The translations under genes and the position numbers were made by a program. Shown piece after piece: positions 1-14,000 of a DNA stretch of 64,000 nt (position 1 is the first letter of the stretch; every line of letters begins with the position of its first letter). Under the pieces are notes generated by a model, which was not told the origin of the DNA, did no database searches, and saw nothing but the letters and a program-made list of their open reading frames with translations. The DNA comes from the human T2T-CHM13v2.0 reference genome, Homo sapiens, in the NCBI RefSeq assembly GCF_009914755.1, contig NC_060935.1; one strand, 5' to 3'.

Positions 1-38
1 ACTTTCCTCTTGACAGAGCAGCTCTGAAACCCTATTTT

Positions 39-44
39 TCTAGA
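39..44. other. XbaI site (TCTAGA), once per HOR
   Basis: TCTAGA at 39-44, 889-894, 1739-1744 and onward, giving 850-bp fragments. An extra site at 23836 gives a 342-bp fragment. Confidence 0.95.
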
Positions 45-77
45 ATCTGCAAGTGGACATTTGGAGGGCTTTGAGGC

Positions 78-94
78 CTGTGGTGGAAAAGGAA
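78..94 (+). promoter_or_regulatory. pJalpha-like (A-box) motif, repeated every HOR
   Basis: CTGTGGTGGAAAAGGAA against the pJalpha consensus CTAYGGTGRAAAAGGAA (one mismatch), at the position equivalent to the CENP-B box. The next monomer has a more degenerate A box (CTACTGTAGTAAAGGAA). Confidence 0.7.
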
Positions 95-418
95 AATCTT
101 CACATAAAAACTAGATGGAAGCATTCTCAGAAACTACTTTGTGATGATTGCATTCGACTCACAGAGTTGAACATTCCTATAGATAGAGCAGGTTGTAAAC
201 AATCTTTTTGTAGAATCTGCGATTGGAGATTTGGACTGCTTTGAGGCCTACTGTAGTAAAGGAAATAACTTCATCTAAAAACCAAACGGAAGCATTCACA
301 GACAATTCTTAGTGATCATTGGATTGAACTAACAGAGCTGAACATTCCTTTAGATGGAGCAGTTTCCAAACCCACTTTCTGTAGAATCTGCAAGTGGATA
401 TTTGGACTTCTCTGAGGA

Positions 419-435
419 TTTCGTTGGAAACGGGA
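419..435 (+). promoter_or_regulatory. CENP-B box 1 (intact), repeated every HOR
   Basis: TTTCGTTGGAAACGGGA matches the NTTCGNNNNANNCGGGN core at 9/9 positions. Confidence 0.95.
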
Positions 436-585
436 TAAACTTCCCAGAACTACAGGGAAGCATTGTGAGAAACTTCTTTGTGATGTTTGCATTCAACTCA
501 CAGAGTTGAACCTTGCTTTCATAGTTCAGCTTTCAAACACTCTTTTTGTAGAATCTGCAAGTGGATATTTGGACCACTTTGTGGC

Positions 586-602
586 CTTCCTTCGAAACGG
601 GT
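586..602 (+). promoter_or_regulatory. Degenerate CENP-B box (8/9 core positions), repeated every HOR
   Basis: CTTCCTTCGAAACGGGT has TTCC in place of TTCG. It lies 167 bp after box 1 and 171 bp before box 2. Confidence 0.8.
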
Positions 603-756
603 ATATCTTCACATCAAACCTAGACAGAAGCATTCTCAGAATGTTTCCTGTGATGACTGCATTCAACTCACAGAGGTGAACAATCCTGCTGATGGAGCAG
701 TTTTGAAACTCTCTTTCTTTGGATTCTGCAAGTGGATATGTGGACCTCTGTGAAGA

Positions 757-773
757 TTTCGTTGGAAACGGGT
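757..773 (+). promoter_or_regulatory. CENP-B box 2 (intact), repeated every HOR
   Basis: TTTCGTTGGAAACGGGT matches the core at 9/9 positions. Confidence 0.93.
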
Positions 774-2099
774 TCATCTTCACAGAAAAACTAAACAGAA
801 GCATTCTCAAAAACTACTTTGTGATGTTTGTGTTCCACTTCAAGAATTGAACTTTCCTCTTGACAGAGCAGCTCTGAAAACCTCTTTTTCTAGAATCTGC
901 AAGTGGACATTTGGAGGGCTTTGAGGCCTGTGGTGGAAAAGGAAAATCTTCACATAAAAACTAGATGGAAGCATTCTCAGAAACTACTTTGTGATGATTG
1001 CATTCGACTCACAGAGTTGAACATTCCTATAGATAGAGCAGGTTGTAAACAATCTTTTTGTAGAATCTGCGATTGGAGATTTGGACTGCTTTGAGGCCTA
1101 CTGTAGTAAAGGAAATAACTTCATCTAAAAACCAAACGGAAGCATTCACAGACAATTCTTAGAGATCATTGGATTGAACTAACACAGCTGAACATTCCTT
1201 TAGATGGAGCAGTTTCCAAACACACTTTCTGTAGAATCTGCAAGTGGATATTTGGACTTCTCTGAGGATTTCGTTGGAAACGGGATAAACTTCCCAGAAC
1301 TACACGGAAGCATTGTGAGAAACTTCTTTGTGATGTTTGCATTCAACTCACAGAGTTGAACCTTGCTTTCATAGTTCAGCTTTCAAACACTCTTTTTGTA
1401 GAATCTGCAAGTGGATATTTGGACCACTTTGTGGCCTTCCTTCGAAACGGGTATATCTTCACATCAAACCTAGACAGAAGCATTCTCAGAATGTTTCCTG
1501 TGATGACTGCATTCAACTCACAGAGGTGAACAATCCTGCTGATGGAGCAGTTTTGAAACTCTCTTTCTTTGGATTCTGCAAGTGGATATGTGGACCTCTG
1601 TGAAGATTTCGTTGGAAACGGGTTCATCTTCACAGAAAAACTAAACAGGAGCATTCTCAGAAACTGCTTTGTGATGTTTGTGTTCCACTTCAGGAATTGA
1701 ACTTTCCTCTTGACAGAGCAGCTCTGAAACCCTCTTTTTCTAGAATCTGCAAGTGGACATTTGGAGGGCTTTGAGGCCTGTGGTGGAAAAGGAAAATCTT
1801 CACATAAAAACTAGATGGAAGCATTCTCAGAAACTACTTTGTGATGATTGCATTCGACTCACAGAGTTGAACATTCCTATAGATAGAGCAGGTTGTAAAC
1901 AATCTTTCTGTAGAATCTGCGATTGCAGATTTGGACTGCTTTGAGGCCTACTGTAGTAAAGGAAATAACTTCATCTAAAAACCAAACGGAAGCATTCACA
2001 GACAATTCTTAGTGATCATTGGATTGAACTAACAGAGCTGAACATTCCTTTAGATGGAGCAGTTTCCAAACACACTTTCTGTAGAATCTGCAAGTGGAT

Positions 2100-5000
2100 A
2101 TTTGGACTTCTCTGAGGATTTCGTTGGAAACGGGATAAACTTCCCAGAACTACACGGAAGCATTGTGAGAAACTTCTTTGTGATGTTTGCATTCAACTCA
2201 CAGAGTTGAACCTTGCTTTCATAGTTCAGCTTTCAAACACTCTTTTTGTAGAATCTGCAAGTGGATATTTGGACCACTTTGTGGCCTTCCTTCGAAACGG
2301 GTATATCTTCACATCAAACCTAGACAGAAGCATTCTCAGAATGTTTCCTGTGATGACTGCATTCAACTCACAGAGGTGAACAATCCTGCTGATGGAGCAG
2401 TTTTGAAACTCTCTTTCTTTGGATTCTGCAAGTGGATATGTGGACCTCTGTGAAGATTTCGTTGGAAACGGGTTCATCTTCACAGAAAAACTAAACAGAA
2501 GCATTCTCAGAAACTGCTTTGTGATGTTTGTGTTCCACTTCAGGAATTGAACTTTCCTCTTGACAGAGCAGCTCTGAAACCCTCTTATTCTAGAATCTGC
2601 AAGTGGACATTTGGAGGGCTTTGAGGCCTGTGGTGGAAAAGGAAAATCTTCACATAAAAACTAGATGGAAGCATTCTCAGAAACTACTTTGTGATGATTG
2701 CATTCGACTCACAGAGTTGAACATTCCTATACATAGAGCAGGTTGTAAACAATCTTTTTGTAGAATCTGCGATTGGAGATTTGGACTGCTTTGAGGCCTA
2801 CTGCAGTAAAGGAAATAACTTCATCTCAAAACCAAACGGAAGCATTCACAGACAATTCTTAGTGATCATTGGATTGAACTAACGGAGCTGAACATTCCTT
2901 TAGATGGCGCAGTTTCCAAACACACTTTCTGTAGAATCTGCAAGTGGATATTTGGACCTCTCTGAGGATTTCGTTGGAAACGGGATAAACTTCCCAGAAC
3001 TACACGGAAGCATTGTGGGAAACTTCTTTGTGATGTTTGCATTCAACTCACAGAGTTGAACCTTGCTTTCATAGTTCAGCTTTCAAACACTCTTTTTGTA
3101 GAATCTGCAAGTGGATATTTGGACCATTTTGTGGCCTTCTTTCGAAACGGGTATATCTTCACATCAAACCTAGACAGAAGCATTCTCAGAATGTTTCCTG
3201 TGATGACTGCATTCAACTCACAGAGGTGAACAATCCTGCTGATGGAGCAGTTTTGAAACTCTCTTTCTTTGGATTCTGCAAGTGGATATGTGGACCTCTG
3301 TGAAGATTTCGTTGGAAACGGGTTCATCTTCACAGAAAAACTAAACAGGAGCATTCTCAGAAACTGCTTTGTGATGTTTGTGTTCCACTTAAAGAATTGA
3401 ACTTTCCTCTTGACAGAGCAGCTCTGAAACCCTCTTTTTCTAGAATCTGCAAGTGGACATTTGGAGGGCTTTGAGGCCTGTGGTGGAAAAGGAAAATCGT
3501 CACATAAAAACTTTATGGAAGCATTCTCAGAAACTTCTTTGTGATGATTGCATTCGACTCACAGAGTTGAACATTCCTATAGATAGAGCAGGTTGTAAAC
3601 AATCTTTTTGTAGAATCTGCGATTGGAGATTTGGACTGCTTTGAGGCCTACTGTAGTAAAGGAAATTACTTCATCTAAAAACCAAACGGAAGCATTCACA
3701 GACAATTCTTAGTGATCATTGCATTGAACTAACAGAGCTGAACATTCCTTTAGATGGAGCAGTTTCCAAACCCACTTTCTGTAGAATCTGCAAGTGGATA
3801 TTTGGACTTCTCTGAGGATTTCGTTGGAAACGGGATAAACTTCCCAGAACTACACGGAAGCATTGTGAGAAACTTCTTTGTGATGTTTGCATTCAACTCA
3901 CAGAGTTGAACCTTGCTTTCATAGTTCAGCTTTCAAACACTCTTTTTGTAGAATCTGCAAGTGGATATTTGGACCACTTTGTGGCCTTCCTTCGAAACGG
4001 GTATATCTTCACATCAAACCTAGACAGAAGCATTCTCAGAATGTTTCCTGTGATGACTGCATTCAACTCACAGAGTTGAATAATCCTGTTGATGGAGCAC
4101 TTTTGAAACTCTCTTTCTTTGGATTCTGCAAGTTGATATGTGGACCTCTGTGAAGATTTCGTTGGAAACGGGTTCATCTTCACAGAAAAACTAAACAGAA
4201 GCATTCTCAGAAACTACTTTGTGATGTTTTTGTTCCACTTCAAGAACTGAACTTTCCTCTTGACAGAGCAGCTCTGAAACCCTCTTTTTCTAGAATCTGC
4301 AAGTGGACATTTGGAGGGCTTTGAGGCCTGTGGTGGAAAAGGAAAATCTTCACATAAAAACTAGATGGAAGCATTCTCAGAAACTACTTTGTGATGATTG
4401 CATTCGACTCACAGAGTTGAACATTCCTATACATAGAGCAGGTTGTAAACAATCTTTTTGTAGAATCTGCGATTGGAGATTTGGACTGCTTTGAGGCCTA
4501 CTGTAGTAAAGGAAATAACTTCATCTAAAAACCAAACGGAAGCATTCACAGACAATTCTTAGTGATCATTGCATTGAACTAACAGAGCTGAACATTCCTT
4601 TAGATGGCGCAGTTTCCAAACACACTTTCTGTAGAATCTGCAAGTGGATATTTGGACCTCTCTGAGGATTTCGTTGGAAACGGGATAAACTTCCCAGAAC
4701 TACACGGAAGCATTGTGAGAAACTTCTTTGTGATGTTTGCATTCAACTCACAGAGTTGAACCTTGCTTTCATAGTTCAGCTTTCAAACACTCTTTTTGTA
4801 GAATCTGCAAGTGGATATTTGGACCACATTGTGGCCTTCCTTCGAAACGGGTATATCTTCACATCAAACCTAGTCAGAAGCATTCTCAGAATGTTTCCTG
4901 TGATGACTGCATTCAACTCACAGAGGTGAACAATCCTGCTGATGGAGCAGTTTTGAAACTCTCTTTCTTTGGATTCTGCAAGTGGATATGTGGACCTCTG

Positions 5001-8000
5001 TGAAGATTTCGTTGGAAACGGGTTCATCTTCACAGAAAAACTAAACAGGAGCATTCTCAGAAACTGCTTTGTGATGTTTGTGTTCCACTTAAAGAATTGA
5101 ACTTTCCTCTTGACAGAGCAGCTCTGAAACCCTCTTTTTCTAGAATCTGCAAGTGGACATTTGGAGGGCTTTGAGGCCTGTGGTGGAAAAGGAAAATCGT
5201 CACATAAAAACTTTATGGAAGCATTCTCAGAAACTTCTTTGTGATGATTGCATTCGACTCACAGAGTTGAACATTCCTATAGATAGAGCAGGTTGTAAAC
5301 AATCTTTTTGTAGAATCTGCGATTGGAGATTTGGACTGCTTTGAGGCCTGCTGTAGTAAAGGAAATTACTTCATCTAAAAACCAAACGGAAGCATTCACA
5401 GACAATTCTTAGTGATCATTGCATTGAACTAACAGAGCTGAACATTCCTTTAGATGGAGCAGTTTCCAAACCCACTTTCTGTAGAATCTGCAAGTGGATA
5501 TTTGGACTTCTCTGAGGATTTCGTTGGAAACGGGATAAACTTCCCAGAACTACACGGAAGCATTGTGAGAAACTTCTTTGTGATGTTTGCATTCAACTCA
5601 TAGAGTTGAACCTTGCTTTCATAGTTCAGCTTTCAAACACTCTTTTTGTAGATTCTGCAAGTGGATATTTGGACCACTTTGTGGCCTTCCTTCGAAACGG
5701 GTATATCTTCACATCAAACCTAGACAGAAGCATTCTCAGAATGTTTCCTTTGATGACTGCATTCAACTCACAGAGGTGAATAATCCTGTTGATGGAGCAC
5801 TTTTGAAACTCTCTTTCTTTGGATTCTGCAAGTTGATATGTGGACCTCTGTGAAGATTTCGTTGGAAACGGGTTCATCTTCACAGAAAAACTAAACAGAA
5901 GCATTCTCAGAAACTACTTTGTGATGTTTTTGTTCCACTTCAAGAATTGAACTTTCCTCTTGACAGAGCAGCTCTGAAACCCTCTTTTTCTAGAATCTGC
6001 AAGTGGACATTGGGAGGGCTTTGAGGCCTGTGGTGGAAAAGGAAAATCTTCACATAAAAACTAGATGGAAGCATTCTCAGAAACTACTTTGTGATGATTG
6101 CATTCGACTCACAGAGTTGAACATTCCTATAGATAGAGCAGGTTGTAAACAATCTTTTTGTAGAATCTGCGATTGGAGATTTGGACTGCTTTGAGGCCTA
6201 CTGTAGTAAAGGAAATAACTTCATCTAAAAACCAAACGGAAGCATTCACAGACAATTCTTAGTGATCATTGCATTGAACTAACAGAGGTGAACATTCCTT
6301 TAGATGGCGCAGTTTCCAAACACACTTTCTGTAGAATCTGCAAGTGTATATTTGGACTTCTCTGAGGATTTCTTTGGAAACGGGATAAACTTCCCAGAAC
6401 TACACGGAAGCATTGTGAGAAAATTCTTTGTGATGTTTGCATTCAACTCACAGAGTTGAACCTTGCTTTCATAGTTCAGCTTTCAGACACTCTTTTTGTA
6501 GAATCTGCAAGTGGATATTTGGACCACTTTGTGGCCTTCCTTCGAAACGGGTATATCTTCACATCAAACATAGACAGAAGCATTCTCAGAATGTTTCCTG
6601 TGATGACTGCATTCAACTCACAGAGGTGAACAATCCTGCTGATGGAGCAGTTTTGAAACTCTCTTTCTTTGGATTCTGCAAGTGGATATGTGGACCTCTG
6701 TGAAGATTTCGTTGGAAACGGGTTCATCTTCACAGAAAAACTAAACAGGAGCATTCTCAGAAACTGCTTTGTGATGTTTGTGTTCCACTTAAAGAATTGA
6801 ACTTTCCTCTTGACAGAGCAGCTCTGAAACCCTCTTTTTCTAGAATCTGCAAGTGGACATTTGGAGGGCTTTGAGGCCTGTGGTGGAAAAGGAAAATCTT
6901 CACATAAAAACTTTATGGAAGCATTCTCAGAAACTTCTTTGTGATGATTGCATTCGACTCACAGAGTTGAACATTCCTATAGATAGAGCAGGTTGTAAAC
7001 AATCTTTTTGTAGAGTCTGCGATTGGAGATTTGGACTGCTTTGAGGCCTACTGTAGTAAAGGAAATTACTTCATCTAAAAACCAAACGGAAGCATTCACA
7101 GACAATTCTTAGTGATCATTGGATTGAACTAACAGAGCTGAACATTCCTTTAGATGGAGCAGTTTCCAAAAACACTTTCTGTAGAATCTGCAAGTGGATA
7201 TTTGGACTTCTCTGAGGATTTCGTTGGAAACGGGATAAACTTCCCAGAACTACACGGAAGCATTGTGAGAAACTTCTTTGTGATGTTTGCATTCAACTCA
7301 CAGAGTTGAACCTTGTTTTCATAGTTCAGCTTTCAAACACTCTTTTTGTAGAATCTGCAAGTGGATATTTGGACCAGTTTGTGGCCTTCCTTCGAAACGG
7401 GTATATCTTCACATCAAACCTAGACAGAAGCATTCTCAGAATGTTTCCTGTGATGACTGCATTCAACTCACAGAGGTGAACAATCCTGTTGATGGAGCAC
7501 TTTTGAAACTCTCTTTCTTTGGATTCTGCAAGTTGATATGTGGACCTCTGTGAAGATTTCGTTGGAAACGGGTTCATCTTCACAGAAAAACTAAACAGAA
7601 GCATTCTCAGAAACTACTTTGTGATGTTTGTGTTCCACTTCAAGAATTGAACTTTCCTCTTGACAGAGCAGCTCTGAAACCCTCTTTTTCTAGAATCTGC
7701 AAGTGGACATTTGGAGGGCTTTGAGGCCTGTGGTGGAAAAGGAAAATCTTCACATAAAAACTAGATGGAAGCATTCTCAGAAACTACTTTGTGATGATTG
7801 CATTCGACTCACAGAGTTGAACATTCCTATAGATAGAGCAGGTTGTAAACAATCTTTTTGTAGAATCTGCGATTGGAGATTTGGACTGCTTTGAGGCCTA
7901 CTGTAGTAAAGGAAGTAACTTCATCTAAAAACCAAACGGAAGCATTCACAGACAATTCTTAGTTATCATTGCATTGAACTAACAGAGCTGAACATTCCTT

Positions 8001-11000
8001 TAGATGGCGCAGTTTCCAAACACACTTTCTGTAGAATCTGCAAGTGGATATTTGGACCTCTCTGAGGATTTCGTTGGAAACGGGATAAACTTCCCAGAAC
8101 TACACGGAAGCATTCTGAGAAACTTCTTTGTGATATTTGCATTCAACTCACAGAGTTGAACCTTGCTTTCATAGTTCAGCTTTCAAACACTCTTTTTGTA
8201 GAATCTGCAAGTGGATATTTTGACCACTTAGTGGCCTTCCTTCGAAACGGGTATATCTTCACATCAAACCTAGACAGAAGCATTCTCAGAATGTTTCCTG
8301 TGATGACTGCATTCAACTCACAGAGGTGAACAATCCTGCTGATGGAGCAGTTTTGAAACTCTCTTTCTTTGGATTCTGCAATTGGATATGTGGACCTCTG
8401 TGAAGATTTCGTTGGAAACGGGTTCATCTTCACAGAAAAACTAAACAGAAGCATTCTCAGAAACTGCTTTGTGATGTTTGTGTTCCACTTCAGGAATTGA
8501 ACTTTCCTCTTGACAGAGGAGCTCTGAAACCCTCTTATTCTAGAATCTGCAAGTGGACATTTGGAGGGCTTTGAGGCCTGTGGTGGAAAAGGAAAATCTT
8601 CACATAAAAACTAGATGGAAGCATTCTCAGAAACTACTTTGTGATGATTGCATTCGACTCACAGAGTTGAACATTCCTATAGATAGAGCAGGTTGTAAAC
8701 AATCTTTTTGTAGAATCTGCGATTGGAGATTTGGACTGCTTTGAGGCCTACTGTAGTAAAGGAAATAACTTCATCTAAAAACCAAACGGAAGCATTCACA
8801 GACAATTCTTAGTGATCATTGCATTGAACTAACAGAGCTGAACATTCCTTTAGATGGAGCAGTTTCCAAACACATTTTCTGTAGAATCTGCAAGTGGATA
8901 TTTGGACTTCTCTGAGGATTTCGTTGGAAAGGGGATAAACTTCCCAGAACTACACGGAAGCATTGTGAGAAACTTCTTTGTGATGTTTGCATTCAACTCA
9001 CAGAGTTGAACCTTGCTTTCGTAGTTCAGCTTTCAAACACTCTTTTTGTAGAATCTGCAAGTGGATATTTTGACCACTTTGTGGCCTTCCTTCGAAACGG
9101 GTATATCTTCCCATCAAACCTAGACAGAAGCATTCTCAGAATCTTTCCTGTGATGACTGCATTCAACTCACAGAGGTGAACAATCCTGTTGATGGAGCAC
9201 TTTTGAAACTCTCTTTCTTTGGATTCTGCAATTTGATTTGTGGACCTCTGTGAAGATTTCGTTGGAAACGGGTTCATCTTCACAGAAAAACTAAACAGAA
9301 GCATTCTCAGAAACTACTTTGTGATGTTTGTGTTCCACTTCAAGAATTGAACTTTCCTCTTGACAGAGCAGCTCTGAAACCCTCTTTTTCTAGAATCTGC
9401 AAGTGGACATTTGGAGGGTTTGAGGCCTGTGGTGGAAAAGGAAAATCTTCACATAAAAACTAGATGGAAGCATTCTCAGAAACTACTTTGCGATGATTGC
9501 ATTCGACTCACAGAGTTGAACATTCCTATAGATAGTGCAGGTTGTAAACAATCTTTTTGTAGAATCTGCGATTGGAGATGTGGACTGCTTTGAGGCCTAC
9601 TGTAGTAAAGGAAATTACTTCATCTAAAAACCAAACGGAAGCATTCACAGACAATTCTTAGTGATCATTGGATTGAACTAACAGAGCTGAACATTCCTTT
9701 AGATGGAGCAGTTTCCAAACCCACTTTCTGTAGAATCTGCAAGTGGATATTTGGACTTCTCTGAGGATTTCGTTGGAAACAGGATAAACTTCCCAGAACT
9801 ACACGGAAGCATTCTGAGAAACTTCTTTGTGATGTTTTCATTCAACTCACAGAGTTGAACCTTGCTTTCATAGTTCAGCTTTCAAACACTCTTTTTGTAG
9901 AATCTGCAAGTGGATATTTGGACCACTTTGTGGCCTTCCTTCGAAACGGGTATATCTTCCCATCAAACCTAGACAGAAGCATTCTCAGAATGTTTCCTGT
10001 GATGACTGCATTCAACTCTCAGAGGTGAACAATCCTGTTGATGGAGCACTTTTGAAACTCTCTTTCTTTGGATTCTGCAAGTGGATATGTGGACCTCTGT
10101 GAAGATTTCGTTGGAAACGGGTTCATCTTCACAAAAAAACTAAACAGAAGCATTCTCAGAAACTACTTTGTGATGTTTGTGTTCCACTTCAAGAATTGAA
10201 CTTTCCTCTTGACAGAGCAGCTCTGAAACCCTCTTTTTCTAGAATCTGCAAGTGGACATTTGGAGGGCTTTGAGGCCTGTGGTGGAAAAGGAAAATCTTC
10301 ACATAAAAACTAGATGGAAGCATTCTCAGAAACTACTTTGTGATGATTGCATTCGACTCACAGAGTTGAACATTCCTATAGATAGAGCAGGTTGTCAACA
10401 ATCTTTTTGTAGAATCTGCGATTGGAGATTTGGACTGCTTTGAGGCCTACTGTAGTAAAGGAAATAACTTCATCTAAAAACCAAACGGAAGCATTCACAG
10501 ACAATTCTTAGTGATCATTGCATTGAACTAACAGAGGTGAACATTCCTTTAGATGGCGCAGTTTCCAAACACACTTTCTGTAGAATCTGCAAGTGGATAT
10601 TTGGACTTCTCTGAGGATTTCGTTGGAAACGGGATAAACTTCCCAGAACTACACGGAAGCATTGTGAGAAACTTCTTTGTGATGTTTGCATTCAACTCAC
10701 AGAGTTGAACCTTGCTTTCATAGTTCAGCTTTCAAACACTCTTTTTGTAGAATCTGCAAGTGGATATTTGGACCACTTTGTGGCCTTCCTTCGAAACGGG
10801 TATATCTTCACATCAAACCTAGACAGAAGCATTCTCAGAATGTTTCCTGTGATGACTGCATTCAACTCACAGAGGTGAACAATCCTGCTGATGGAGCAGT
10901 TTTGAAACTCTCTTTCATTGGATTCTGCAAGTGGATATGTGGACCTCTGTGAAGATTTCGTTGGAAACGGGTTCATCTTCACAGAAAAACTAAACAGAAG

Positions 11001-14000
11001 CATTCTCAGAAACTGCTTTGTGATGTTTGTGTTCCACTTCAGGAATTGAACTTTCCTCTTGACAGAGCAGCTCTGAAACCCTCTTATTCTAGAATCTGCA
11101 AGTGGACATTTGGAGGGCTTTGAGGCCTGTGGTGGAAAAGGAAAATCTTCACATAAAAACTAGATGGAAGCATTCTCAGAAACTACTTTGTGATGATTGC
11201 ATTCGACTCACAGAGTTGAACATTCCTATACATAGAGCAGGTTGTAAACAATCTTTTTGTAGAATCTGCGATTGGAGATTTGGACTGCTTTGAGGCCTAC
11301 TGCAGTAAAGGAAATAACTTCATCTCAAAACCAAACGGAAGCATTCACAGACAATTCTTAGTGATCATTGGATTGAACTAACGGAGCTGAACATTCCTTT
11401 AGATGGCGCAGTTTCCAAACACACTTTCTGTAGAATCTGCAAGTGGATATTTGGACCTCTCTGAGGATTTCGTTGGAAACGGGATAAACTTCCCAGAACT
11501 ACACGGAAGCATTGTGGGAAACTTCTTTGTGATGTTTGCATTCAACTCACAGAGTTGAACCTTGCTTTCATAGTTCAGCTTTCAAACACTCTTTTTGTAG
11601 AATCTGCAAGTGGATATTTGGACCATTTTGTGGCCTTCTTTCGAAACGGGTATATCTTCACATCAAACCTAGACAGAAGCATTCTCAGAATGTTTCCTGT
11701 GATGACTGCATTCAACTCACAGAGGTGAACAATCCTGCTGATGGAGCAGTTTTGAAACTCTCTTTCTTTGGATTCTGCAAGTGGATATGTGGACCTCTGT
11801 GAAGATTTCGTTGGAAACGGGTTCATCTTCACAGAAAAACTAAACAGGAGCATTCTCAGAAACTGCTTTGTGATGTTTGTGTTCCACTTAAAGAATTGAA
11901 CTTTCCTCTTGACAGAGCAGCTCTGAAACCCTCTTTTTCTAGAATCTGCAAGTGGACATTTGGAGGGCTTTGAGGCCTGTGGTGGAAAAGGAAAATCGTC
12001 ACATAAAAACTTTATGGAAGCATTCTCAGAAACTTCTTTGTGATGATTGCATTCGACTCACAGAGTTGAACATTCCTATAGATAGAGCAGGTTGTAAACA
12101 ATCTTTTTGTAGAATCTGCGATTGGAGATTTGGACTGCTTTGAGGCCTACTGTAGTAAAGGAAATTACTTCATCTAAAAACCAAACGGAAGCATTCACAG
12201 ACAATTCTTAGTGATCATTGCATTGAACTAACAGAGCTGAACATTCCTTTAGATGGAGCAGTTTCCAAACCCACTTTCTGTAGAATCTGCAAGTGGATAT
12301 TTGGACTTCTCTGAGGATTTCGTTGGAAACGGGATAAACTTCCCAGAACTACACGGAAGCATTGTGAGAAACTTCTTTGTGATGTTTGCATTCAACTCAC
12401 AGAGTTGAACCTTGCTTTCATAGTTCAGCTTTCAAACACTCTTTTTGTAGAATCTGCAAGTGGATATTTGGACCACTTTGTGGCCTTCCTTCGAAACGGG
12501 TATATCTTCACATCAAACCTAGACAGAAGCATTCTCAGAATGTTTCCTGTGATGACTGCATTCAACTCACAGAGTTGAATAATCCTGTTGATGGAGCACT
12601 TTTGAAACTCTCTTTCTTTGGATTCTGCAAGTTGATATGTGGACCTCTGTGAAGATTTCGTTGGAAACGGGTTCATCTTCACAGAAAAACTAAACAGAAG
12701 CATTCTCAGAAACTACTTTGTGATGTTTTTGTTCCACTTCAAGAACTGAACTTTCCTCTTGACAGAGCAGCTCTGAAACCCTCTTTTTCTAGAATCTGCA
12801 AGTGGACATTTGGAGGGCTTTGAGGCCTGTGGTGGAAAAGGAAAATCTTCACATAAAAACTAGATGGAAGCATTCTCAGAAACTACTTTGTGATGATTGC
12901 ATTCGACTCACAGAGTTGAACATTCCTATACATAGAGCAGGTTGTAAACAATCTTTTTGTAGAATCTGCGATTGGAGATTTGGACTGCTTTGAGGCCTAC
13001 TGTAGTAAAGGAAATAACTTCATCTAAAAACCAAACGGAAGCATTCACAGACAATTCTTAGTGATCATTGCATTGAACTAACAGAGCTGAACATTCCTTT
13101 AGATGGCGCAGTTTCCAAACACACTTTCTGTAGAATCTGCAAGTGGATATTTGGACCTCTCTGAGGATTTCGTTGGAAACGGGATAAACTTCCCAGAACT
13201 ACACGGAAGCATTGTGAGAAACTTCTTTGTGATGTTTGCATTCAACTCACAGAGTTGAACCTTGCTTTCATAGTTCAGCTTTCAAACACTCTTTTTGTAG
13301 AATCTGCAAGTGGATATTTGGACCACATTGTGGCCTTCCTTCGAAACGGGTATATCTTCACATCAAACCTAGTCAGAAGCATTCTCAGAATGTTTCCTGT
13401 GATGACTGCATTCAACTCACAGAGGTGAACAATCCTGCTGATGGAGCAGTTTTGAAACTCTCTTTCTTTGGATTCTGCAAGTGGATATGTGGACCTCTGT
13501 GAAGATTTCGTTGGAAACGGGTTCATCTTCACAGAAAAACTAAACAGGAGCATTCTCAGAAACTGCTTTGTGATGTTTGTGTTCCACTTAAAGAATTGAA
13601 CTTTCCTCTTGACAGAGCAGCTCTGAAACCCTCTTTTTCTAGAATCTGCAAGTGGACATTTGGAGGGCTTTGAGGCCTGTGGTGGAAAAGGAAAATCGTC
13701 ACATAAAAACTTTATGGAAGCATTCTCAGAAACTTCTTTGTGATGATTGCATTCGACTCACAGAGTTGAACATTCCTATAGATAGAGCAGGTTGTAAACA
13801 ATCTTTTTGTAGAATCTGCGATTGGAGATTTGGACTGCTTTGAGGCCTGCTGTAGTAAAGGAAATTACTTCATCTAAAAACCAAACGGAAGCATTCACAG
13901 ACAATTCTTAGTGATCATTGCATTGAACTAACAGAGCTGAACATTCCTTTAGATGGAGCAGTTTCCAAACCCACTTTCTGTAGAATCTGCAAGTGGATAT

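Larger units (their letters stand above)
122..971 (+). repeat. Representative single HOR unit (five monomers)
   Basis: Phased on the CATT motif, monomers start at 122, 293, 461, 631 and 802, and the next HOR starts at 972. Lengths are 171+168+170+171+170 = 850. Confidence 0.95.

Noticed and set aside
14-26. Dyad CAGAGC-A-GCTCTG in every HOR
   Set aside because: A 6-bp arm with a 1-nt loop is too short to support a cruciform or terminator claim, and short dyads in alpha satellite are already known.
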